A stretch of DNA of 64,000 bases from Clostridia bacterium. GTDB lineage: Bacteria > Bacillota > Clostridia > Christensenellales > CAG-917. Shown here one piece after another: positions 8,441 to 19,189 of the stretch. The position numbers and the translations under genes are program-made. The stretch spans positions 180,964 through 244,963 of the forward strand of contig JAFZMH010000008.1 in NCBI GenBank assembly GCA_017553325.1, in the 5' to 3' direction. The notes beneath the pieces are model-generated. The model did not search any database. It was given only the letters and a program-made list of their open reading frames with translations, and had not been told where the DNA came from. The stretch's first letter is position 1. Each line of letters begins with the position of its first letter.

Positions 8441-9376
8441 TTATTCTTCTGATTCCTCGTCGAACTCGATTTCATATTGAGCGGAGGTTGACACGGCGTT
8501 GACGATAGCTTGCATAGTCGCTTTGACGACTGCGCTTTCAAGAACGGCGAAATTGACGACGGGGACTTTGCCGTTTGACATACAGAACATAGTGTCTCCG
8601 TCATAATCGGTATGGACGGGGCGTATCGCGCGGGCAAGTCCGTCGTGGGAGACGCTTGCGAGCTTGGTTGCCTCGACCTTGTCAATCTTTGCGTTGGTGA
8701 GGATACAGCCTATCGTGGTGTTCGTGCCAAACAGGAGTTTTGCAAATTCTCCGTCCGCGAGCACCTTTTCCGTATCGAGGAAAGAGCCGTCGGCTGCCTT
8801 TGCGCCCGCGATGATTTTGTTTGTGCTTGGGTTGACAACGTCGCCCATAGCGTTGACCGCGACGACTGCCGTGACGGTGAGCCCCGCAACCTTTACCGTT
8901 GCCGCGCCGATGCCGCTCTTCGTGGCGTATTTGAGCCCTCTTATCTTGCCGACTGTCGCGCCTTTGCCGACGCCTATATTGCCAAAATCGGGGGTTTTGC
9001 AAGCGTTTTCGCACGCTTTAAACCCAATTTCTGCTGTTGGAAAGTGATATTCCTTTTGGTTGAGGTCGTAGATTACGGCACCCGTGACGATGGGGACAAT
9101 CTTGCCCAAAACCTTGTATCCTATGCCGTTTTGACGGCACCATTCCATAACGCCCGTCGTGCTTGCGAGCCCGTATGCGCTACCGCCCGTGAGCACTACG
9201 GCATTGATTTTTCGCATGGCTTTTTCGGGGCGGAGAAGATCCGTCTCGCGTGTGCCGGGGCCGCCCCCTCGACAATCGCAACCTGCTACCGCACCCTTTG
9301 AAAGAATGACGGTGACGCCTGTGTAATCGTCGTTTGCGTGCCCGATTTTGAAGCCGCTTGGAATTGTAATTTTCAT
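8441..9376 (-). CDS. P1/S58 family peptidase (DmpA-like L-aminopeptidase)
   Basis: KIGHANDDYTGVTVIL, GGGPGTRETDLL and NAVVLTGGSAYGL are DmpA/S58 hallmarks. The start was set to ATG 9376 (GGAG with a 5-nt spacer). Confidence 0.85.
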   Translation of the reverse strand: MKITIPSGFKIGHANDDYTGVTVILSKGAVAGCDCRGGGPGTRETDLLRPEKAMRKINAVVLTGGSAYGLASTTGVMEWCRQNGIGYKVLGKIVPIVTGAVIYDLNQKEYHFPTAEIGFKACENACKTPDFGNIGVGKGATVGKIRGLKYATKSGIGAATVKVAGLTVTAVVAVNAMGDVVNPSTNKIIAGAKAADGSFLDTEKVLADGEFAKLLFGTNTTIGCILTNAKIDKVEATKLASVSHDGLARAIRPVHTDYDGDTMFCMSNGKVPVVNFAVLESAVVKATMQAIVNAVSTSAQYEIEFDEESEE

Positions 9377-9508
9377 AATCACTCCAAAACTCGTTTTTTT
9401 TATTGTACCACAAATTGAAAAACTATCAACAGTTTTTTGAGTTTATCTTTATTGACAATTTTCGCGTGCAGGCAGTATAATACACGTATCAAATTTCAGG
9501 AGCACGTT

Positions 9509-9955
9509 ATGTATTGTCCATATTGCGGGAACAAACTTGACGACGGAGCAAAGTATTGTTCAAACTGCGGCGCGGAAGTGAAGTCCCCCGAAAACAGTTT
9601 TGAGCCCACCGCCGTCGCGGATAAAAAGGACGAATTTGAATTTGATTTCAACTCCGTCCCAAACTCGAACCCTTATGAAAACGGTTATCAACCCCCAAAG
9701 AGAGAAACGGACGGGGACACGAAGCCGGGGCTTTTCGGACTGTTGGGATTTTTCGTGCCTATCGTCGGCATAATCTTATTTGCGCTTTGGAGGGTGGACC
9801 GTCCTCAACGTGCGAAAGCCGCTCTCACGGGCGCGATAATAAGCATCGTAGTTTACGTTCTTATTTCGATTATATATGCGATCGTCGTTGTTGTCTCCGG
9901 CGTTTTGTACGAGCCGACTTATTATGCCATCCTGCCACTAATCGCTCTTAGATAA
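9509..9955 (+). CDS. Zinc-ribbon domain membrane protein
   Basis: MYCPYCGNKLDDGAKYCSNCGAEV gives a CxxC...CxxC ribbon. There are two C-terminal TM helices. GGAG lies upstream, and a perfect TTGACA-17-TATAAT promoter begins near 9461. Confidence 0.75.
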   Translation: MYCPYCGNKLDDGAKYCSNCGAEVKSPENSFEPTAVADKKDEFEFDFNSVPNSNPYENGYQPPKRETDGDTKPGLFGLLGFFVPIVGIILFALWRVDRPQRAKAALTGAIISIVVYVLISIIYAIVVVVSGVLYEPTYYAILPLIALR

Positions 9956-9960
9956 AAATC

Positions 9961-9987
9961 ACGCCTCGCAGTAAGCGAGGCGTTTTT
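9961..9987 (+). terminator. Rho-independent terminator
   Basis: ACGCCTCGC-agtaa-GCGAGGCGT-TTTTC. Confidence 0.85.
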
Positions 9988-10057
9988 CTTTTGTGTTTCT
10001 TGTGTGCATAAAGACTTTTTCTTTTGTGCAAAAATAGTTTTTGCAAAAAACGGGAGA

Positions 10058-10987
10058 TTATTCCTTTATAAGGTCTTCAAGGGAAGGTTGCTCGTAAACG
10101 ATGAATCTGTCAAAGAAGTCCGCAACGTCCTCTTGGCATTGTTTTGCGGAGCGGTCAAGGAGCGCTTCGTGACGAGAGCCTTCGTAGAGGTGCAAGTCGG
10201 TGGTGATTCCGAGGTCGCGGTACATCTTGTCGAGTTTCTTCACTCCCTTCGAGTTGTTGCCGACCATATCCTGCGTCCCCGAGAAGATGCCGATTGCTGT
10301 GGTCGGGTTGAGTTTCGCGAGATTTTTCTTGCTATAGAGTTTTGAGGTTTCGCTCATCATGTAGAAATCAAACCCAACGCTCATATCAGTGTGGCAATAC
10401 TTGTCCTCGTTGAACGTCTTTCTGCGCTCAGGCAAACTGTTGACCCATTGACCTTTGCCCGTGTCGCCCTTGTATTTGAACATATTGTCGGACATCCAGT
10501 TGACCATCTTCGGACGCCAATTTCTTGCAACCAAGAATATGGGAGCAAGGCAAATTTTGCCGAGGTTGAAGAGGTCTCTCATGTGTCCTGAGCCGACGAG
10601 CGCAATCGCTCTGACGTCCGTGCCCGCCTGCGCAAACGCCTGTGACAGGAAACTGCCGTAGGAGTGCCCGAGCAGGAAGACGGGGAGGTCGTACTTTTCT
10701 TTGAGCCACTCGCGGAAGAAGAGTTCGTCCTGTAAGGTCTTTTTGAAGATATTGCCCTTGTGCCTGCCGCGGTTTTCATCCGTTTCCGTTCTGCCGTGCG
10801 CGCGATGGTCGTCTGCAAAGACGATATAGCCGCGAGTATTCAAGTATTCGGCGACTTCTTGGTAGCGTCCCGCGTATTCGGACATACCGTGCACAATCTG
10901 CACGACGCCTTTCGGAGCGTCAACGTCGTCCCAAAGCGTGCAAAAGATTTCGGTTTCGTCAAAGCTTTTGAGTTTAAATTCTTGCAT
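10058..10987 (-). CDS. Alpha/beta hydrolase (lysophospholipase / monoacylglycerol-lipase-like)
   Basis: Contains HGMSEYAGRY..DDHRAHGRT and the nucleophile elbow GHSYGS. A GAGAGGAAAT SD precedes the ATG. Confidence 0.85.
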   Translation of the reverse strand: MQEFKLKSFDETEIFCTLWDDVDAPKGVVQIVHGMSEYAGRYQEVAEYLNTRGYIVFADDHRAHGRTETDENRGRHKGNIFKKTLQDELFFREWLKEKYDLPVFLLGHSYGSFLSQAFAQAGTDVRAIALVGSGHMRDLFNLGKICLAPIFLVARNWRPKMVNWMSDNMFKYKGDTGKGQWVNSLPERRKTFNEDKYCHTDMSVGFDFYMMSETSKLYSKKNLAKLNPTTAIGIFSGTQDMVGNNSKGVKKLDKMYRDLGITTDLHLYEGSRHEALLDRSAKQCQEDVADFFDRFIVYEQPSLEDLIKE

Positions 10988-11115
10988 ATTTCCTCTCCCA
11001 AAAAAGATTACTCATATATTATAAACCTTAAAAGAGCACATTTCAATATGCGCACGCAATTTTTTTTGACAAATTCCGCCAAAAAACAGAATAAAAAAAT
11101 GCTCTTGGAGCGCTT

Positions 11116-11316
11116 TTAATCTTCAAGTCCCAAGAGGTAATCGGCGGAGACGTTAAAAAATTTGGCAAGCTGATAGATATAGGATGCTTTCGGCTCATTG
11201 ATGCTAGCCTCCCAAAAACTAACAGCCCTGTGCGTCACGCCGATTTCTTTGGCTAATTGTTCTTGCGACAAACCTGCTTCTTTTCTTAATTCATAAATTC
11301 GTTCTGCAATTTTCAT
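11116..11316 (-). CDS. XRE-family helix-turn-helix regulator, 66 aa
   Basis: The HTH is LSQEQLAKEIGVTHRAVSFWE and the C-terminus ends ADYLLGLED. It is about 52% identical by hand alignment to the 66-aa protein at 23142..23342. No SD is visible. A TAATAT box lies 9 nt upstream of the ATG. Confidence 0.85.
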   Translation of the reverse strand: MKIAERIYELRKEAGLSQEQLAKEIGVTHRAVSFWEASINEPKASYIYQLAKFFNVSADYLLGLED

Positions 11317-11388
11317 AGTAAAGACATATTAGAAGAAAACTACCAAAATATCTTGACCTGGAAGAAATCTACCAGTAATATTATAAAT

Positions 11389-11703
11389 ATGGGCGATTAT
11401 TATTTTAGGACGGAAAATTTCAACGAAGAAGTCATGCAAAAGTTTGCGGAGTTTTTAAAAGCAAACGATTTTTACGTTATAAAGAGCAGACCGCACACAA
11501 AAGAAGTCTTTACGTTGCCTTCCGAACCCGAAAAGAGAGAGGAACTGCTTGTCAAAATCACGAATGCCTTGAACGACGGGTTTTACAGCAACGACTCTTG
11601 TATCGCATATTTATATGAACTTTTTAGGAGTTATCAGGTCGAAATCGAAGAAAAAACCAAAAAAGAAAATATTTTTTTAAAAAATTTCGATAAATCCAAA
11701 TAA
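11389..11703 (+). CDS. Hypothetical 104-aa protein, apparently leaderless
   Basis: The ORF lies in an AT-rich islet. TTGACC (11353-58), a 17-nt spacer and TAATAT (11376-81) end 7 nt before ATG 11389. The track start TTG 11353 is the -35 box itself. I recognise no domain. Confidence 0.55.
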   Translation: MGDYYFRTENFNEEVMQKFAEFLKANDFYVIKSRPHTKEVFTLPSEPEKREELLVKITNALNDGFYSNDSCIAYLYELFRSYQVEIEEKTKKENIFLKNFDKSK

Positions 11704-11813
11704 AACTCAAATCAGGTTTGTATATATTGCGAAAACAAAATCAAACCTTTCTTTTATCTCTCTATGAAAATACGTACCGATGCGACGGTGCGCTTTTTTC
11801 TTTTATGAAACTA

Positions 11814-12983
11814 TTATTGTATTTGCAAAACGAAAAATTTCAGGTATTGCGTTTCGTCGGCGAGAAGCAGGGACGGATGGTCGGGGGCTTGCGATTTGAT
11901 TTCCACCGTACGGACGCGACGTCCGCTCTCTTTTGCGGCTTCGCCAAGCATCTTTTCAAAGAGAGGGAAGGTCATATAGTGAGAGCAGGAGGACGTAATC
12001 AAAAACCCGCCTTCTCGCACGAGTTTCATGCCAAGGATATTTATATCCTTGTAGCCACGATAGGCGTCTTTGACTTCGTCCGCGCTCTTGCAGAATGCCG
12101 GTGGGTCGAGAATGACAGTGTCAAACTTTCTGCCTTCCGCTTTGAACCTGCGCAGAACTTCAAAGACGTCGTCAGTCAAGGTCGTCACGTTTTTATAGCC
12201 GTTGAGCACCGCGTTTTTTTGGACGGTCTCGGTTGCAAGGCGTGAGATGTCCACCGCTAGCACGGACTTTGCCACATTTGCCACGTTCATGCTGAACCCG
12301 CCGCTGTTTGAAAAACAGTCGAGGACGTCCGCGCCAACCGCATATTTTATTGCGCACGCGCGGTTTTCTTTTTGGTCGAGGAAGTAGCCTGTCTTTTGCC
12401 CGTGCTTTACGTCCACGGACATTTTGACGCCGTTTTCCTCAATGATTATTTCGTCGGGGACTTCGCCGTAGAGCACGCCCGTCTTTTCTTCGAGTCCCTC
12501 TTTTTGGCGGACGGCTACGTCGCTGCGTTCGTATATGCCTTTGGGGGAGAAGAGATTTGCGAGAAGGCGCACTATGCGTTCCTTTTGCTTGTCAATACCG
12601 AGCGAGAGAAATTGCACGACAAGATATTCCGAATACTTGTCGACGATGAGCGCGGGCAGGTCGTCCGCCTCGGCAAACACCAGACGGCAGGAGTTGTCAT
12701 AGCCGAGTTTCTTGCGATAATCGGCGGCGGTTTGAAGTCTTGAAGCAAAAAGTTCATCCGTGTCCGTCTCGTTTTCATCATAGATGAAAATTCTCACCAA
12801 AATTTTGGACAGGTGATTGATATAGCCCTTGCCGACAAACTTGCCCTCATACGAGTATACGCTTGCAAGCGAGCCGTTTTTGTCCTTGCCTTCGATTTTT
12901 GCGACCTCGTTGGCATACACCCAACTGTGGCCGGAGAGGAGGCGCTTCTCCTCATTTTTTTTGAGATAGATTTGATATGGCAT
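11814..12983 (-). CDS. Class I SAM-dependent rRNA (m5C) methyltransferase, RlmI/YwbD-like
   Basis: The PUA-like N-terminus has KRLLSGHSWVYANEV. The methyltransferase core has VLDCFSNSGGFS and ILDPPAF. The start was trimmed to ATG 12983. Confidence 0.85.
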   Translation of the reverse strand: MPYQIYLKKNEEKRLLSGHSWVYANEVAKIEGKDKNGSLASVYSYEGKFVGKGYINHLSKILVRIFIYDENETDTDELFASRLQTAADYRKKLGYDNSCRLVFAEADDLPALIVDKYSEYLVVQFLSLGIDKQKERIVRLLANLFSPKGIYERSDVAVRQKEGLEEKTGVLYGEVPDEIIIEENGVKMSVDVKHGQKTGYFLDQKENRACAIKYAVGADVLDCFSNSGGFSMNVANVAKSVLAVDISRLATETVQKNAVLNGYKNVTTLTDDVFEVLRRFKAEGRKFDTVILDPPAFCKSADEVKDAYRGYKDINILGMKLVREGGFLITSSCSHYMTFPLFEKMLGEAAKESGRRVRTVEIKSQAPDHPSLLLADETQYLKFFVLQIQ

Positions 12984-13151
12984 AAATCTTTGCCCTCGCA
13001 TTATTGATTGCTTTGATTTTATCACAAACAAATAAACAAATCAAATGTATATTTGAAGGGTGAAAAAGAAAAATATGAAAAATATTTCACATTTTGTTGA
13101 CAACCGCCGAAAAAGTGATATTATAGTAGTAGAAAAACGAGGAGAACGCTT

Positions 13152-15422
13152 ATGAAGCGCAACGAAAACCCGAGCAAAAATATGCACGGTGACGAAAAAC
13201 TGAACAAACTGAAACACGACCTGCCCGAAAACGAGGGCGGGGCTTGTTGCTGTCATAATGAGCACAAAGAAGACGATTACGACTGCTGTGGCAACGCGGT
13301 CAAAACGCACAAGCACGAGGATGACGACTACGATTGTTGCGGAAACGGCGTGAAGCACAGTCACGACGACGATTGCTGTTGCGGTGGTGAAGAACATCAT
13401 CACGAAGAAGGTTGCTCCTGCGGTTGCGGCGGCGAAGTGTCCAAAAAGAAAAGAAAAGGACGTTTGAGCGGAGTCGCAGTGAGAATTATCGTCCTTGCCG
13501 TGTCCCTTGTGTTTCTCGTCGTCGGCTATTTCAACTGGCATCAAATTTCGATGGACAGCGGTCAAAAGTGGCTGATGGCGTTTTACTACGTCAACCCCGC
13601 GTGGGTGGCGGTGCTACTTTGCGGTATCCCAATCGCAATAACCGCGGTCAAGGCGCTTGCCAAAAAGAAAGTCAATTCTCCGCAACTTATCACGCTTGCT
13701 ATGCTTGCGTCCATAGTGCTTGAAATTATGTGCCTTGCGGGTATTAAAATGGAGACGTCGGGGCACAGCCACAGCTACGTCTTTGCTGCGGGCGAAATCG
13801 CATTCCTCATGCGTCTCGGCGGACTGCTTGAGAGTTTGACGGTGGCAAAGTGCCGTTCGGGCATCGAAAGGCTCATAGCCCTCGTGCCGAAAGAAGCGTT
13901 TGTCAAGCAAGCGGACGGAAGCCTTGTCAAGACAAGGCTCAGAAACATAAATATCGGCGATATCGTGGTAATCAAGACGGGCGAACTTGTCGCGGTGGAC
14001 GGCGTTATCGTCAAGGGTGAAGCGTCCATCGACCAGTCTTCGCTCACGGGCGAATATCTCCCCGTGGACGTCGGAGTGGGCGACAGCGTTTTCGGCGGTA
14101 CTATGAACAAAAACGGCGTGATCGAAGTCGAGGTGACCAAGCGCGAAAAGGATATGACCATCGCAAAAATGGCGGAACTCGCCGTCGAAGCGGAAGGCAA
14201 AAAAGCGCCTATCGCACGTTTGGCGGACAAGGCGGTCAAAATCATATTGCCGATAGTACTCGTCACGTCGCTTATCGTCGGCATAGTGTCCGGCTTTGCT
14301 TTTGAACTCAGCTGGGTGCAGGCGCTCGTGAGAGCCGTGACGGTGCTCGTCGTGTTCTGTCCTTGCGCTCTCGCGCTCGCAACTCCGACTGCAGTGGCGG
14401 CGGGACTCGGCAACAGCGCAAAAAACGGCGTGCTTGTCAAGAGCGGTGAAGCACTTGAAAACCTCTCGCGTATGGACACCGTCTGCTTTGACAAGACGGG
14501 CACTTTGACGGAAGGCAAAATTGCGCTCGACAAGGTTGTGGCGCTTGATCGCACGGAAGACGAACTCGTAAGGCTCGTCGCAAGCGTGGAAAAATTCAGC
14601 GAGCATCCTCTCGCTGTCGCAGTGCTCGAAAGGGCGAAAGATATGACGCTCCTTGACGTTGAAAACGTCAAAACCTTGCAGGGCATAGGCATTTGCGCGT
14701 TTGTGGACGGCTATGAGGTTCTCGTCGAGAGCCTCAAAAACGCAGTGGCAAACGGCATAGATTTGCATGAGGTGCAAGCGGAAATCGACGAGCAACTCTC
14801 CGTCGGCAAGACGGTTGTCGTCGTGCTTGAAGACAGCGTGCTTGCAGGTATTCTCGCGTTTTCGGACACGGTCAAAGAGGACGCAAAAGAGGTCGTTGAA
14901 TCCCTCAAGTCCTCGGGGCTTGCAACTATTATGCTGACAGGCGACAACGAAAAGAGCGCAAACTACATCGCGGAAAAGTGCGGCGTCGGTGAAGTGCGTC
15001 ACAGTCTGCTCCCCGCGGACAAATTGAAAGAGATTGAAACTTTGCAAAGCGAAGGGCACAAGGTCGCTATGGTGGGCGACGGCGTCAACGACGCACCGTC
15101 TTTGCGCCTTGCGGATTGCTCTTTTGCGATGGGCGGTATAGGGAGCGATATTGCAATCGACAGCGCAGATATAACCATACTTGGCGACGACGTCAAAAAG
15201 GTGGACGACACGATAAAACTGTCAAAGCGCGTAATGTTTGCAATAAAGCGCAATATCGTGATTGCAATGGGCATAAACGCGATTGCCGTAGTGCTCTCAT
15301 TCCTCGGGCTTTTGCAACCGTGGAGCGGCGCGCTCGTGCACAACTTTACGTCCGTGCTCGTCGTGGCGTCATCTGCGTTGTTGCTGTACGATTTTAAAAA
15401 GTCAAAAAAAACGAGCGGTTAG
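13152..15422 (+). CDS. Heavy-metal translocating P1B-type ATPase (Cd/Zn/Co-like)
   Basis: Contains CPC (VFCPCALALATP), DKTGTLT, TGDN and VGDGVNDAPSL. The N-terminus is rich in Cys, His and Asp. Confidence 0.93.
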   Translation: MKRNENPSKNMHGDEKLNKLKHDLPENEGGACCCHNEHKEDDYDCCGNAVKTHKHEDDDYDCCGNGVKHSHDDDCCCGGEEHHHEEGCSCGCGGEVSKKKRKGRLSGVAVRIIVLAVSLVFLVVGYFNWHQISMDSGQKWLMAFYYVNPAWVAVLLCGIPIAITAVKALAKKKVNSPQLITLAMLASIVLEIMCLAGIKMETSGHSHSYVFAAGEIAFLMRLGGLLESLTVAKCRSGIERLIALVPKEAFVKQADGSLVKTRLRNINIGDIVVIKTGELVAVDGVIVKGEASIDQSSLTGEYLPVDVGVGDSVFGGTMNKNGVIEVEVTKREKDMTIAKMAELAVEAEGKKAPIARLADKAVKIILPIVLVTSLIVGIVSGFAFELSWVQALVRAVTVLVVFCPCALALATPTAVAAGLGNSAKNGVLVKSGEALENLSRMDTVCFDKTGTLTEGKIALDKVVALDRTEDELVRLVASVEKFSEHPLAVAVLERAKDMTLLDVENVKTLQGIGICAFVDGYEVLVESLKNAVANGIDLHEVQAEIDEQLSVGKTVVVVLEDSVLAGILAFSDTVKEDAKEVVESLKSSGLATIMLTGDNEKSANYIAEKCGVGEVRHSLLPADKLKEIETLQSEGHKVAMVGDGVNDAPSLRLADCSFAMGGIGSDIAIDSADITILGDDVKKVDDTIKLSKRVMFAIKRNIVIAMGINAIAVVLSFLGLLQPWSGALVHNFTSVLVVASSALLLYDFKKSKKTSG

Positions 15423-15473
15423 ATGCTCAAAAACAAGATTAAAAATGCAAACCTCTCCTTTTTGTTTATATCA

Positions 15474-15508
15474 AGAAAGCGCAACCGTTTGGCTGCGCTT
15501 TCTTTTTG
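15474..15508. terminator. Bidirectional terminator between the ATPase gene and clpB
   Basis: AGAAAGCGCAACC-gttt-GGCTGCGCTTTCT-TTTT. Confidence 0.85.
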
Positions 15509-15537
15509 GAGAGAAGGGGACTTGCCCCATTGTATGA

Positions 15538-18129
<2,592 letters not shown>

Positions 18130-18171
18130 AAGTCGCTCCTTTGAGAGTTTGGCAATCAATTTGAAAGATTG

Positions 18172-18227
18172 TTAGCACTCTCATCTATTGACTGCTAAAA
18201 TTATAACACGCAGAAAAAATTTGTCAA
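18172..18227 (-). promoter_or_regulatory. clpB promoter (TTGACA-16-TATAAT) with CIRCE operator (18172-18198)
   Basis: The minus strand reads TTGACA-N16-TATAAT-t-TTAGCAGTC-aatagatga-GAGTGCTAA. The CIRCE consensus is TTAGCACTC-N9-GAGTGCTAA. Both arms are identical to the groES copy. Confidence 0.8.
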
Positions 18228-18323
18228 TATATTTTTGCCGTATTTTTGAAAAAATATAGAAATATTTTGTTTTAGGGCACAAAAAAAGCGCGGCGAGTGC
18301 CACGCTTGTTTTTGTGAATATTT

Positions 18324-18902
18324 TTATCGTTTTACAAAATAATGGTCGATATTTACGAGGTTCGCATATGCGAGCAAGTCCTCTTTCGTGTGCTTTTCGG
18401 GGTTGTCGAGGCAGTAGAGCGCGCTGTTTATGAGTCCGCCCGCGATGAAGCTCGCAAGGATGTGAATCGGAATTTTTATCTCATAGTTCTCTTTGTACTT
18501 TGAGAACTGATAGCGAAGCGACTGCGCGATAGAGTCTTGAACGGTGGAGATGACTTTGCCGTTGCGGTTGTTGATGAGTATGCGGGAGACGTGTCCCTTT
18601 TCTTCATAGAAGAATTCAACCGCCATCGACACCAAAAGACGCAGAGTGTCGTTTGGGCACGTTGCCTTGCTGTCCTTGGTGAATTGCTCGTAGAGTTCGT
18701 CCTTGAGTTCCTCAAGAGAGTAGGAGAGGAGATGATATTTGTCTTCAAAGTGTGCATAGAAGGTCGCGCGGTTGACCATCGCTTTTTGGCAGAGGTCTAT
18801 GACGCTGATTTTTTCGATTGATTCATCCTCCATCATGCTGAGCAGGGTATTGCTCAAGAGCTTTCTTGTTCTTACGATTCGTAAGTCTTCTTTGTATGCC
18901 AT
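18324..18902 (-). CDS. TetR/AcrR family transcriptional regulator
   Basis: The N-terminal HTH is SVIDLCQKAMVNRATFYAHFEDKYHLL. An AAGGAGAAAAT SD is present. Confidence 0.9.
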   Translation of the reverse strand: MAYKEDLRIVRTRKLLSNTLLSMMEDESIEKISVIDLCQKAMVNRATFYAHFEDKYHLLSYSLEELKDELYEQFTKDSKATCPNDTLRLLVSMAVEFFYEEKGHVSRILINNRNGKVISTVQDSIAQSLRYQFSKYKENYEIKIPIHILASFIAGGLINSALYCLDNPEKHTKEDLLAYANLVNIDHYFVKR

Positions 18903-19189
18903 ATTTTCTCCTTATCAAGTGCGTTTATCATAGCACGAATGTTATTATGACACACATTCGCTTTTTTGTCAATATACCACACACCTGTTAGTTTTGAACG
19001 CCACCTGCGCGAAATAAAGTTTTATCATCAAAAAAGCATATTTTGCGCGCAAAACAGTTGACATTTTTTTGAGCACAGTGTTAATAATATAGTGTTGCGC
19101 TCCGCGCATTTGCGGGTGAACGCGCACGCGATAAGAACATTTTTCGTTCCGTTTCGCATATAATGCGAACTTGGAGCAGTGGGTATAAT

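Noticed and set aside
19096-19189. Leader-peptide attenuator (BmrB-like) upstream of the ABC exporter.
   Set aside because: Hairpins are present, but the only short ORF (ATG 19163) is in frame with the main ORF and runs into it. No separate leader peptide or terminator T-run is seen.
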